From the sequence record OP902294.1: a DNA stretch of 64,000 nt; one strand, written 5' to 3'. Both the position numbers and the translations under genes were made by a program. This document shows, in pieces, positions 30,416-41,488 of the stretch. The notes beneath the pieces are model-generated. The model was not told where the DNA came from. It searched no databases and saw nothing but the letters and a program-made list of their open reading frames with translations. This stretch comes from Staphylococcus phage BSwM-KMM1. Every line of letters begins with the position of its first letter. Within the stretch, counting starts at the first letter, position 1.

Positions 30416-30480
30416 CAAACTCATTATCTAGTTTAAGTAGTAAAGGTGCTGATGTATCTCACGTTAGTACGAACTCATCT

Positions 30481-30753
30481 TTGTACAAAGAGTTTGTTGA
30501 TGAGAACGGTGATACACTAGGCATTACATCTTTTAAAAGAACTGAAAATGATATAATATTAGATTCTTATGCAAGTTCACCTGATTCAGATGGTGTAGGA
30601 GCTAGAGCTATTATGGAATTACTCCGTTTAAGTATTAAAGAAAATAAAAATGCAGTTGTATATAATATAGAGTTACCTGAAGCTATAGAGTATTTAAAAA
30701 CTTTAGGATTTAAACCTAATAAAGATGGATACATCTTAAGAAAAAAGATGTAA
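30481..30753 (+). CDS. hypothetical protein
   Basis: 90 aa. Confidence 0.5.
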   Translation: MYKEFVDENGDTLGITSFKRTENDIILDSYASSPDSDGVGARAIMELLRLSIKENKNAVVYNIELPEAIEYLKTLGFKPNKDGYILRKKM

Positions 30754-30765
30754 AACAATTCTTAG

Positions 30766-30948
30766 GTGATTATAGTGATTTTATTTAGCACTATAATCAT
30801 CTATTCTATTGTTTTCATACTATATATTATAATAAAATTAGTTTGTATTAACACAAATATGAACAGAGTAGATAATACAACTGAATTACTACAGATATTA
30901 CAGGAAGATATTGAAAGTAAGATAAAAAAGGAAGGAAGAAATAAATGA
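30766..30948 (+). CDS. small membrane protein
   Basis: 60 aa, one TM helix. Confidence 0.4.
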   Translation: MIIVILFSTIIIYSIVFILYIIIKLVCINTNMNRVDNTTELLQILQEDIESKIKKEGRNK

Positions 30949-31424
30949 CTTTAGAAGAAAATAAATTAACATTAGAAGAATCAATTACCCCGCTTAGCAA
31001 AGAGGAAAAGGAAGAAAGTATTAAAGAATTCAGTATCTTATTATGTGAAATGGTTAATAGATTATATAAATCTTATAACGTATTTAGACAAGACCCGATG
31101 GACGAAACACAGCGTTTAGACGGTTCACTTATGGTTTTTCAAAGTAGATTAAATGACCCATTAACTGGGGATTTACATGATAAGATGTATAAGCTTGCAT
31201 TCTCTAAACGTATTGACATTTTTGAAGCTAATAAGCAGTTTAGAAAAGATGTTGAAGCAGGAAAAGCAATTGAGTTAGGTGATGTTGCTATTACTGATAC
31301 AGCACTAAGTAATATACTTTCAGGTAATGAGTTCCAAGGAAGTATTTCATTTATGCTTAGAAAAGATTTTGAAGAAAAAGAAAGAATTAGAAAAGAAGAG
31401 GAAGAAAAACTTAATAATTTATAA
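30945..31424 (+). CDS. hypothetical protein
   Basis: 159 aa, start overlaps previous stop. Confidence 0.5.
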   Translation: MTLEENKLTLEESITPLSKEEKEESIKEFSILLCEMVNRLYKSYNVFRQDPMDETQRLDGSLMVFQSRLNDPLTGDLHDKMYKLAFSKRIDIFEANKQFRKDVEAGKAIELGDVAITDTALSNILSGNEFQGSISFMLRKDFEEKERIRKEEEEKLNNL

Positions 31425-31464
31425 AGGGAAAGAATTATGAGACTATAAAAATGAGGTATCGTAA

Positions 31465-32792
31465 TTGAAAAAGAAATCAAAAGGTAATGAGGTAATAATA
31501 ACCATAATTACGGTTATGATAGCAATATTCATAGTTATTATGACCGTATTTTTTGATAAATATCAAGATGTTAAAGAAGATAGTGATAGATATCAAAGAA
31601 TAATAGAGATATATAAGAAATCAGATGATAATAATGGTGATACTAAAAAGGACTATGTAAAACGATTAAATAAAGCTGAAGAAGAACTTAAGAAGGTTAA
31701 AAAGAAACAAATTATAAAGGTTATAATGATAAATCAAAAAAGAAAAACAAGAATCAGATAAAGAAACTAGAGAAAAATATATGATGCAGATAGTGATGAT
31801 GATTTAATAGTAGTAAAAAACAATATTGAGTTTAGTGATAGTGTAGATAAACCTGAAATATTAATTAATGAAGAGGGTGTCGGTACTATAACTGTACCTG
31901 TAGGCAGTGGATATGAAGAAAAAACAGTAGGCTCTATAATAACGAGTGTATTGGGTTCACCCTATTTATCTTCCGATTTACCAAGTATAAGTGATGGAGG
32001 ATTTTCTGAGGATAATATTTATACAGGTACAGTAGAGAGTATAATAGGAGATGTTACTACAAGTAGTATAAATACTGAACCTAGTATTCCTAATACTACG
32101 AATACTATAATACCTGATGAATCTAGTGCTACAAACCCTACAAACCCTACAAACCCTACAAACCCTACAAACCTTATATTACCTAGTGAACCTAGTGAAT
32201 CTATTACTACAAACCCTACATTACCAAGTGAACCTAATACCCCGATAGAAAATCAGGAGGAGCCACTAGTACCTGATAACAACCAAGAGGGAACGGATAA
32301 CCCAAATCCTCCGCCTCCAGGGTATACAGATGAAGAAGGTGGAAGAGGTTCAGGTGGAGGAGGAAATGTTGAACAACCTCCAACAGAAGAGCCTTCAGAT
32401 AATGGTAATACTGACCTAGGTGAAGAGGAAGAAAAACCTGACCTAGGAGAAGAACCATCAGATAATGATAATAATAATGAAGATAATGAAGAAGGTAATG
32501 AAGAAGAAGTAACCCCTGAACCTGATAATACCCCTTCTGAGTCTGAACAACCTAATGAAAACACTGATGAAGATAAAGAAGAAAACCATCTGACAACTCA
32601 GAAGAAAATGAAGAACCAGAAACAGAACCAACAGAACCAACAGAACCTGATAAACCTTCAGAACCGGACGATAAAGTGGACGAAGAGGGTAAAAATGAAG
32701 AAACTCCAGGGGATAAACAGCCAATAGAACAACCGGACGATAAAGCGGACGATAATAACATAGGTAATGAAGATAAAACTGAAGAGGAGTAA
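31465..32792 (+). CDS. membrane-anchored, very acidic Pro/Thr/Glu-rich protein with tandem PTN repeats (about 440 aa), reconstructed across at least 3 frameshifts
   Basis: N-terminal TM helix VIITIITVMIAIFIVIMTVFF; (PTN)4 repeat, GGRGSGGGG and long D/E/N tail; fragments 31465-31761, 31771-32727 and tail to 32792 are collinear; no RBS before the internal TTG. Confidence 0.5.
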
Positions 32793-32808
32793 CTACTCCT
32801 CTTTTTTG
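32783..32808 (+). terminator. rho-independent terminator
   Basis: AGAGGAGT/ACTCCTCT hairpin followed by TTTTTTG. Confidence 0.55.
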
Positions 32809-32843
32809 TTTGCTATATTAAATAAGAGCTAAGTATAAAAAAA

Positions 32844-33233
32844 TTGAACATTGCGGTGGTGGAAACTTTGTTAGAACCAAATATTATAACGTCACTATCA
32901 GTAGTATTAACCTGTTTAAGTCTTTTAATTTTAATGGTTTTTGTTCATAGTAGATTCTCTAGTAAAAACGTTTTTGTTTTGTATGTAATTTATGCTATAA
33001 TAGGTGTAGGTTCATATGTAGCACTAACTATGTTCCAAACAACGTCTGTATTAATAAAAAATGATGTTATAGATTCTATAGAAAATACCGAACACTATGT
33101 AGGATTTAATGACCCTGTAATAATATTTACTATAAGTTTTATAGGAGCTATACTGGGTGGTATATGGTATAAGGCTATGAAAATCGTTAAGAAAAGTAAC
33201 TTTAAAGATAAAAAAGAAAAAGACGGTGAATAG
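32844..33233 (+). CDS. membrane protein (3-4 TM helices)
   Basis: 129 aa. Confidence 0.5.
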   Translation: MNIAVVETLLEPNIITSLSVVLTCLSLLILMVFVHSRFSSKNVFVLYVIYAIIGVGSYVALTMFQTTSVLIKNDVIDSIENTEHYVGFNDPVIIFTISFIGAILGGIWYKAMKIVKKSNFKDKKEKDGE

Positions 33234-33501
33234 GTTGATATTCTCTAAAGATAAAAAATGGGATGAAGCAAAAGACTTTATTAAAGGTCAAGGTATGCAA
33301 GATAATTGGATAGAGATTGTAGATTATTATAGGCAGATAGGTGGAAAACACGTAGCTGTTTTTATTGCTTTAGATAGAGTAAAATATATGATTTTAGAAG
33401 CTACTAGGGATGATAAAGTAATACTAGTAGACAAAGATAATAATATTTTATTAGAAGACTATAGTATTGTAATGGAAAGTAAAAAATGTTTTATTATATA
33501 G
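33226..33501 (+). CDS. hypothetical protein
   Basis: 91 aa. Confidence 0.5.
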   Translation: MNRLIFSKDKKWDEAKDFIKGQGMQDNWIEIVDYYRQIGGKHVAVFIALDRVKYMILEATRDDKVILVDKDNNILLEDYSIVMESKKCFII

Positions 33502-33608
33502 AAGAACCTTTCGAGGTTAAAATAAATATACCTCAACATATAAGAGAGGTAACATATAATAATACTGTTGTACTAACCACAGTAAGAGGGAGTAGAGGTG
33601 ACTAATAA

Positions 33609-35291
33609 TTGGCAGATTTATTTAAGCAATTTAGATTAGGTAAGGATTATAGTAACGATACTATTGCACAAGTACCTATTGATGAAGGATTACAAGCTAA
33701 CATAAAGAAAATAGAACAAGATAATAAAGAATACCAAGATATAACTAAGTCCTTATATGGTCAGCAACAAGCTTATGCAGAGCCATTTATTGAAATGATG
33801 GATACTAATCCTGAGTTTAGAGATAAAAGAAGTTATATGAAGAATGAACATAATTTACATGATGTTCTTAAAAGTTTGGTAATAACCCTATTCTTAATGC
33901 TATCATACTTACACGTTCTAATCAAGTAGCTATGTATTGCCAACCGGCAAGATATTCTGAAAAAGGTTTAGGATTTGAAGTTAGGTTACGTGATTTAGAT
34001 GCTGAGCCAGGCAGAAAAGAAAAAGAAGAAATGAAGAGAATCGAAGATTTTATTGTTAATACAGGAAGAGATAAAGATGTAGACAGAGATTCTTTCCAAA
34101 CATTCTGTAAAAAAGTTGTAAGAGATACTTATATATATGACCAAGTTAACTTTGAGAAAGTATTCAATAAAAAAATAAGACTAAATTAGAGAAATTTATA
34201 GCTGTAGACCCTTCTACTATATTCTATGCCACTGATAAAAAGGTAAAATTATTAAAGGTGGAAAACGTTTTGTTCAGGTCGTAGATAAGAGAGTCGTAGC
34301 TAGTTTTACCTCTAGAGAATTAGCAATGGGGATAAGAAACCCAAGAACAGAATTAACATCGTCAGGGTATGGACTATCCGAAGTAGAAATAGCTATGAAA
34401 GAATTTATTGCATATAATAATACAGAATCTTTTAACGATAGATTCTTCTCTCATGGTGGAACTACTAGAGGTATTTTACAGATACGTTCAGACCAACAAC
34501 AATCACAACATGCCCTAGAGAACTTTAAGCGTGAATGGAAGTCTAGTTTATCAGGTATTAATGGCTCATGGCAAATTCCTGTGGTAATGGCAGACGATAT
34601 TAAATTTGTCAATATGACACCAACAGCTAATGATATGCAATTTGAGAAATGGTTAAACTACCTTATTAACATTATATCTGCTTTATATGGTATTGACCCT
34701 GCAGAAATAGGCTTCCCTAATAGAGGAGGAGCTACAGGTTCTAAAGGTGGTTCAACTTTAAACGAAGCTGACCCAGGTAAAAAACAACAACAATCACAAA
34801 ATAAAGGATTACAACCTTTACTTAAATTCATAGAGGATTTAGTAAATAGACACATAGTATCAGAATATGGAGATAAATATACTTTCCAATTTGTTGGTGG
34901 AGATACTAAGAGTGCCACAGATAAACTTAATATCCTTAAACTTGAAACTCAAATATTTAAAACAGTAAATGAAGCTAGAGAAGAGCAAGGTAAGAAACCT
35001 ATTGAAGGCGGAGACATTATTTTAGATGCTTCATTCTTACAAGGAACAGCTCAACTACAACAAGAGAAACAATATGATGACGGTAAACAAAAAGAACGTT
35101 TACAAATGATGATGAGTTTACTAGAAGGAGATAATGAAGACTCCGGAGAAGAGCAATCACAAGGTTCCGATAGTGATAAAGAAATAGGAACAGATGCTCA
35201 GATAAAAGGTGACGATAATGTATATCGTACACAAACATCTAATAAAGGTCAAGGAAGAAAAGGAGAAAAATCTTCTGACTTTAAACATTAA
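33609..35291 (+). CDS. portal protein (about 561 aa), 2 frameshifts (about 33925 and about 34190-34320)
   Basis: three collinear ORFs; position before prohead protease; size fits the roughly 563-aa phage K portal as I recall it. Confidence 0.7.
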
Positions 35292-35296
35292 TAACT

Positions 35297-35332
35297 AAGC
35301 CTAGTTTTATGCTAGGCTTAATTTATTTTTTG
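35297..35332 (+). terminator. rho-independent terminator
   Basis: AAGCCTAG/CTAGGCTT hairpin followed by T-run. Confidence 0.55.
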
Positions 35333-35471
35333 TTAATTTAATTTTGATAAAGATAATAATTATGGTATACTATATGTAATTGATATTAATGTTAAATACA
35401 TAAAAATATTAATATTTCACTTACAAGTTATAATTGTTATATTATTAACGTAAAAGTAAATAAAATAACAA

Positions 35472-36254
35472 ATGGAGGTGCAACCACCTTTGGAAGAAAT
35501 GAAATTTAAAGCTTTTATGAATGTAGATGTAGAGAAATCCACTACTACAGAAAATAAAAGCAATATTATAATTAAAGGTATGGCATCCACTGGTTCTTTG
35601 GACTTAGGTAACGATATAGTAGACCCTAAGGGTATAGATATCAGTTATTTTGTTGACCATGGTTACATAAATGATAACCATGATAAGAATAAAATTATCG
35701 GATACCCAACTAAGAATTGTAGTGTTACCCCTGAAGGTCTTTATGTAGAAGGTGAGCTTTTTAGAGATAATGAAAATGTTCAGAAATACATGGAGCTTGC
35801 AGATAATTTAGAGAAATCTAATAGTGGTAGGAAAGTAGGAATGTCTATAGAAGGTTCTGTGAGAGCTAGAAATAGAAATGATAATAGAGTTATAGAAGCT
35901 ATCCTTATTACAGGATTAGCTTTAACTCCTAATCCTATGAATACTACAGCAACGATAGATACAGTAATTAAATCTTTCTTAACAGGTCATGGTACTTCAC
36001 CTGACACTCAAGAGGATGCAGGAGCTTTAAGAAGAGAAGAACTAGCATCTAGTATTACAAACTTAGCATATGTTACTAAGATTAAAGATTTAAAAGAGTT
36101 TAATGATGTATGGAATGGTGTTGTTGAGGATTTGAGTAAATCTAATAGTATGGGGTATGAGGAATCAGTCCTTACACTACAACTAGCTAAAGGTTTATCT
36201 CGTAAAGATGCAGAACTAGCAGTAATGGATATAAACAAACAAAAACTAGAATAG
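35472..36254 (+). CDS. prohead protease
   Basis: 260 aa between portal and scaffold/MCP; C-terminal segment shares a motif with the MCP N-terminus. Confidence 0.65.
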   Translation: MEVQPPLEEMKFKAFMNVDVEKSTTTENKSNIIIKGMASTGSLDLGNDIVDPKGIDISYFVDHGYINDNHDKNKIIGYPTKNCSVTPEGLYVEGELFRDNENVQKYMELADNLEKSNSGRKVGMSIEGSVRARNRNDNRVIEAILITGLALTPNPMNTTATIDTVIKSFLTGHGTSPDTQEDAGALRREELASSITNLAYVTKIKDLKEFNDVWNGVVEDLSKSNSMGYEESVLTLQLAKGLSRKDAELAVMDINKQKLE

Positions 36255-36273
36255 GTAAGGAGAATACATTCTA

Positions 36274-37209
36274 TGAGTAAAGAAATGAAAAATATTTTAG
36301 AAGAGTATGACAAGTTAAATGCTCACGAGGAAGTTTCGAAATCTGTAGATGAAGATGAAAAAATACAGTAGAAGCTACCGAAGAACAAGTAGCAGAAACA
36401 ACTGAGGAGCCTGCTAAAGAACCTGAAAAGGTTACTGAAGAAGATGCTAAAGAAGCACAAGAGCAAGGTGAAAAAGTTGAGTCTGAAGAGGTGTCTGAAG
36501 AAGACGTTGAGAAATCAACTAAAGAATCTAAAGACCCAGTAGACAAAAAGATACTAAAACAGAAGATAAAGACAACGAGAAACGTAAGAACAAGAAAGAT
36601 AAAGATTCTGACGGAGACGAAGAAGACGAAGATAACGACTCTAAAGATAAAAAAGAAGATAAGAAAGAAAAAACATCTAAATCAATTTCTGATGAAGATA
36701 TCTTAGTCGGATTTAAAACTATTTTGAAATCTTTTGAAAATTTAAATGAAGAGAAAAAGAGTTTGCTACTAAATCTGAAGTTGAAGAATTAAGTAAATCA
36801 ATTAAAGAATTATCAGCTAAACTTGACACTCAAGATAAAGAAGATGTTTCTAAATCAGTAGATAATGCTGAAGATGAAGCTGTAGAAAAATCAGTTACAT
36901 CTACAAATGGGGAACAAGAAAAAGTAGAAGGTTATGTTGCTAAGTCAGTAGATGCTGAAGAACAAGCTGAAACTGGAGAAGCAAAATCAGAAGAAGCTGA
37001 AGCAGTACAAGAAGATAACACATTTAAAGGTTTAAGTCAAGAAGAGAGAACTAAGTTCATGGATGCTTATAAAACACAAGCTAAAGACCCTAGAGCATCT
37101 AAGCATGACTTACAATCAGCATACCAATCTTATTTAAATGTTAACACTGACCCTACTAATGCATCAGAGAAAGATATTAAAACTGTAAAAGACTTTGCAC
37201 AAATTTAAT
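36274..37209 (+). CDS. scaffolding-like highly charged protein (about 310 aa) with multiple frameshifts
   Basis: E/K-rich coiled-coil reading MSKEMKNILEEYDKLNAHEE... continues through several frames to stop at 37209. Confidence 0.5.
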
Positions 37210-37323
37210 TAACATACAAAGTTGTGTTATATTATACGGTGTAACTAAAGAATATAAATAGGGTACATTTTACTGTACCCTACATAAAATAAAAAGAACA
37301 CAAATGAAAGGTGATAAATTTAT

Positions 37324-38715
37324 ATGACTATCGAAAAGAACCTGTCAGACGTTCAACAAAAGTACGCTGACCAATTCCAAGAAGACGTAGTAAAGTCATT
37401 CCAAACTGGTTATGGAATCACTCCTGACACACAAATTGACGCAGGAGCTTTACGTAGAGAAATTTTAGATGACCAAATCACAATGTTAACATGGACTAAT
37501 GAAGACTTAATCTTCTATCGTGATATTTCAAGACGTCCTGCCCAATCAACAGTAGTTAAATATGACCAATATTTACGTCACGGTAACGTAGGTCACTCTC
37601 GTTTCGTTAAAGAAATTGGAGTAGCACCAGTATCTGACCCTAATATCCGTCAAAAAACTGTATCAATGAAATACGTTTCTGATACTAAAAATATGTCAAT
37701 TGCATCAGGTTTAGTAAATAACATTGCTGACCCATCACAAATCCTTACAGAAGATGCTATCGCAGTTGTTGCAAAAACAATTGAGTGGGCTTCATTCTAC
37801 GGTGACGCTTCATTAACTTCTGAAGTTGAAGGTGAAGGTTTAGAGTTTGATGGTTTAGCTAAATTAATTGACAAAAATAACGTGATTAACGCTAAAGGTG
37901 AACAATTAACAGAACGTCACCTAAATGAGGCGACGGTTCGTATCGGTAAAGGTTTCGGTACAGCTACAGATGCTTACATGCCTATCGGTGTACACGCAGA
38001 CTTCGTTAACTCAATCTTAGGTCGTCAAATGCAATTAATGCAAGATAACAGCGGTAACGTTAATACTGGTTACAGTGTAAATGGTTTCTACTCATCTCGT
38101 GGATTCATTAAATTACATGGTTCTACAGTAATGGAAAATGAATTAATCTTAGATGAATCATTACAACCATTACCAAACGCTCCACAACCTGCAAAAGTTT
38201 CAGCTACAGTTGAAACTAAACAAAAAGGTGCTTTCGAAGATGAAGAAGACCGTGCAGGATTATCATATAAAGTAGTAGTTAACTCAGATGACGCTCAATC
38301 AGCTCCTTCTGAAGAAGTAACAGCTACAGTATCTAACGCTGACGATGGTGTTAAATTAACAATTAATGTTAACGCTATGTACCAACAACAACCACAATTC
38401 GTATCTATCTACCGTCAAGGTAAGAAAACAGGTATGTACTTCTTAATCAAACGTGTACCAGTTAAAGATGCTCAAGAAGACGGTTCAATTATTTTCGTAG
38501 ATAAAAACGAAACATTACCTGAAACAGCAGACGTATTCGTTGGTGAAATGTCACCACAAGTAGTTCACTTATTCGAATTACTTCCAATGATGAAATTACC
38601 ATTAGCTCAAATTAATGCTTCTATTACATTTGCAGTATTATGGTATGGTGCATTAGCATTACGTGCTCCTAAAAAATGGGCTCGTATTAAAAACGTTCGT
38701 TATATCGCAGTTTAA
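37324..38715 (+). CDS. major capsid protein
   Basis: 463 aa intact ORF, strong-codon bias, position after protease/scaffold; matches my recollection of the phage K major capsid protein size. Confidence 0.85.
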   Translation: MTIEKNLSDVQQKYADQFQEDVVKSFQTGYGITPDTQIDAGALRREILDDQITMLTWTNEDLIFYRDISRRPAQSTVVKYDQYLRHGNVGHSRFVKEIGVAPVSDPNIRQKTVSMKYVSDTKNMSIASGLVNNIADPSQILTEDAIAVVAKTIEWASFYGDASLTSEVEGEGLEFDGLAKLIDKNNVINAKGEQLTERHLNEATVRIGKGFGTATDAYMPIGVHADFVNSILGRQMQLMQDNSGNVNTGYSVNGFYSSRGFIKLHGSTVMENELILDESLQPLPNAPQPAKVSATVETKQKGAFEDEEDRAGLSYKVVVNSDDAQSAPSEEVTATVSNADDGVKLTINVNAMYQQQPQFVSIYRQGKKTGMYFLIKRVPVKDAQEDGSIIFVDKNETLPETADVFVGEMSPQVVHLFELLPMMKLPLAQINASITFAVLWYGALALRAPKKWARIKNVRYIAV

Positions 38716-38746
38716 TAGAATAAGAAAAACTGAATACAAAAGAATA

Positions 38747-38776
38747 GGGATAAACTTAGGGTTTATCCCTTTTTAT
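38747..38776 (+). terminator. rho-independent terminator after the capsid gene
   Basis: GGGATAAAC/GTTTATCCC hairpin followed by TTTTTATT. Confidence 0.6.
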
Positions 38777-38805
38777 TAAAATAAATTTGAAGGGACGCAA
38801 TAAAT

Positions 38806-39039
38806 ATGTTATACTATAAGAAACTAATAGGTAAAAAAATGGCTACCGTTTATGGTACAGTAGAAATTGACAAAGACGGTGTAGTTAAAGGGTTAACTAA
38901 AGAACAAGAAAAAGAATTTGAAAATGTTCCTGGTTTTGAATTAGAAGAAGAAAAGAAAGCCTCTACTAGAAAAACTACAAGTACTACTAGAAAATCAACA
39001 GCACGTAAAACAACAGCCAAAAAAGATGAAAATAAGTAA
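38806..39039 (+). CDS. hypothetical basic protein
   Basis: 77 aa. Confidence 0.5.
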   Translation: MLYYKKLIGKKMATVYGTVEIDKDGVVKGLTKEQEKEFENVPGFELEEEKKASTRKTTSTTRKSTARKTTAKKDENK

Positions 39040-39051
39040 AGGGTGAATTAA

Positions 39052-39958
39052 ATGGTTAACTCAATGTTCGGAGGGGACTTAGACCCTTATGAGAAATCAT
39101 TAAACTATGAATATCCTTATCACCCATCAGGTAACCCTAAACATATAGATGTAAGTGAAATAGATAACTTAACATTAGCTGATTATGGATGGTCACCTGA
39201 TGCAGTTAAAGCTTATATGTTCGGTATCACAGTACAAAATCCTGATACAGGACAACCTATGGGTGATGAGTTTTATAATCACATATTGGAAAGAGCAGTA
39301 GGTAAAGCAGAGAGAGCTTTAGATATATCTATATTACCTGACACACAACATGAGATGAGAGATTATCATGAGACAGAATTTAATAGTTATATGTTTGTAC
39401 ATGCATACAGAAAACCTATTTTACAAGTAGAAAACCTACAACTACAGTTTAATGGGAGACCTATATATAAATATCCTGCTAACTGGTGGAAAGTAGAGCA
39501 CCTAGCAGGACATGTACAGTTATTCCCAACAGCACTAATGCAAACAGGACAATCAATGTCATATGATGCTGTATTTAATGGGTACCCACAATTAGCAGGT
39601 GTATACCCACCATCAGGAGCAACCTTTGCACCTCAGATGATACAGTTAGAATATGTATCCGGAATGTTGCCACGTAAAAAGCAGGAAGAAACAAGCCATG
39701 GGAAATGCCCCTGAATTAGAACAATTAGTTATAAAATATGCACTGAAAGAGATATATCAAGTATGGGGTAACCTAATTATTGGTGCCGGTATTGCTAATA
39801 AAACATTAGAAGTAGATGGCATTACAGAAACAATTGGTACTACACAATCTGCCATGTATGGTGGGGCTAGTGCTCAAATACTTCAACTCAGTGATGATAT
39901 AAAAGAAATACTAGAGGGATTAAGAGCTTATTTCGGATATAATATGATAGGATTATAA
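39052..39958 (+). CDS. capsid/connector-associated protein (about 300 aa), frameshift near 39680
   Basis: two overlapping ORFs collinear across an A-run. Confidence 0.5.
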
Positions 39959-39971
39959 GGAGGGTTACGAA

Positions 39972-40478
39972 ATGGAAAAACCATATATGCTAGGAGCCAC
40001 TTCTAACCCTAATATTATTAATAAGTCAACGTCATATAATACTATAACACAAGCAGATGAACAGGATAAACCTAAGTATACTACTAGATTAGAGTTTGAT
40101 ACTATTGATATGATTAGGTTTATTAATGACCGAGGTATAAAAGTATTATGGGAAGAAGCATATTTCTGTCCTTGTCTTAACCCTGATTCAGGTCACCCTA
40201 GGGTAGATTGTCCTAGATGCCACGGTAAAGGCATTGCCTACTTACCTCCTAAAGAGACTATAATGGCAATACAATCCCAAGAGAAGGGTACTAATCAATT
40301 AGATATAGGAATACTTGATACAGGTACAGCAATCGGCACAACTCAATTAGAGAAAAGAATATCTTATAGAGATAGGTTTACTGTTCCTGAAGTGTTAATG
40401 CCTCAACAAATGGTATACTTTGTTAATAAGGATAGAATAAAAAAGGTGTACCTTTATACTACGATGTTCAAGAAGTGA
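39972..40478 (+). CDS. structural protein (head-tail joining region)
   Basis: 168 aa with CxxC...CxxC. Confidence 0.5.
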   Translation: MEKPYMLGATSNPNIINKSTSYNTITQADEQDKPKYTTRLEFDTIDMIRFINDRGIKVLWEEAYFCPCLNPDSGHPRVDCPRCHGKGIAYLPPKETIMAIQSQEKGTNQLDIGILDTGTAIGTTQLEKRISYRDRFTVPEVLMPQQMVYFVNKDRIKKVYLYTTMFKK

Positions 40479-40849
40479 CTTATATTACCACACAAGATGG
40501 TACAATATATGAGGAAGATTATAAAATTGAAAATAATAGGTTATATCTAAATGAGAAATATGAAAATCATACAGTATCGTTAAAAATACTTATGACTTTA
40601 AGATATGTAGTTTCAGACATACTAAAAGAAAGTCGTTACCAATATACTAAATTTAATCAGCCTAAAACTAAGTTTGAGAACTTACCTCAAAAACTACTTC
40701 TTAAACGAGAAGATGTTATTGTATTACCTGCCCCTTATAAAGTAAATGATGGTATAGAAAAAGACCTAGAAATTCAAGTAGAAGACCCTAAAGCTTCTGC
40801 ATCTAACCCAAGTAATTTAGGTGGATTCTTCGGAGGTGCATTTAAATAA
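40475..40849 (+). CDS. structural protein
   Basis: 124 aa, start overlaps previous stop. Confidence 0.5.
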   Translation: MTYITTQDGTIYEEDYKIENNRLYLNEKYENHTVSLKILMTLRYVVSDILKESRYQYTKFNQPKTKFENLPQKLLLKREDVIVLPAPYKVNDGIEKDLEIQVEDPKASASNPSNLGGFFGGAFK

Positions 40850-41468
40850 TGCCAGTTCATGGAAAAAGACCTAACTTATTTAAAAATAAAAACTATAAGC
40901 AGGTAGGTAGAAAAACAATTGATGGTATGCGTTCAGAGGTACTAGATAAATTACAAGCAACAGCTCAACAAGTAGAAAACACTAGTATTAAACGTATGCC
41001 TACTTACCTCCAAGTCACAGAGAAGAAACTTGAAAATGATGGAGTAGTAGACCTTAAAAAGCGTTTGCTCATTCATCTAAAAAGAAAACTAGTAAAGATG
41101 GCGGATGGTACTTAACTGTACCAATACGTATTAAAACTAGTAGAATGAATAATAGTACCTATCAAGACATGAGAAAACTAAAGGTAGATACAAATACTGG
41201 TTCAGTTTCTAAGATAACAGATTATCTAGAAGGAAGAAGAAAAAATGTAAGTAATCCTTCTATGAAACCGGAGCCTATGACACATAACATGACTAAAGTT
41301 AAAAGAGGTAAACAATCCTCCTACTTCATTTTCCGAACAGTTTCTAGTAAATCACCTGCAAGTTCTTGGATACTAAATAGAGATAAAGTTAATGGAAATA
41401 ATTTCTCTAAAACAACCTTGAAAAATGTTAAACAATTAATGAATTGGAAAATGAAAAACTTAACTTAA
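40849..41468 (+). CDS. structural protein (about 205 aa), frameshift near 41115-41145
   Basis: ORFs 40849-41115 and 41145-41468 are collinear. Confidence 0.45.
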
Positions 41469-41488
41469 AAGGAAAGAGGAATTACTAA

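Noticed and set aside
30230-31480. Minus-strand ORFs 30230-30424, 30567-30758, 31139-31480
   Set aside because: Antisense to plus-strand genes in a unidirectional module; no RBS.
32234-32761. Four overlapping minus-strand ORFs (69-103 aa)
   Set aside because: All antisense to the acidic PTN-repeat gene; low-complexity mirror ORFs.
34658-36546. Minus-strand ORFs inside portal, protease and scaffold genes
   Set aside because: Antisense to strongly supported morphogenesis genes.
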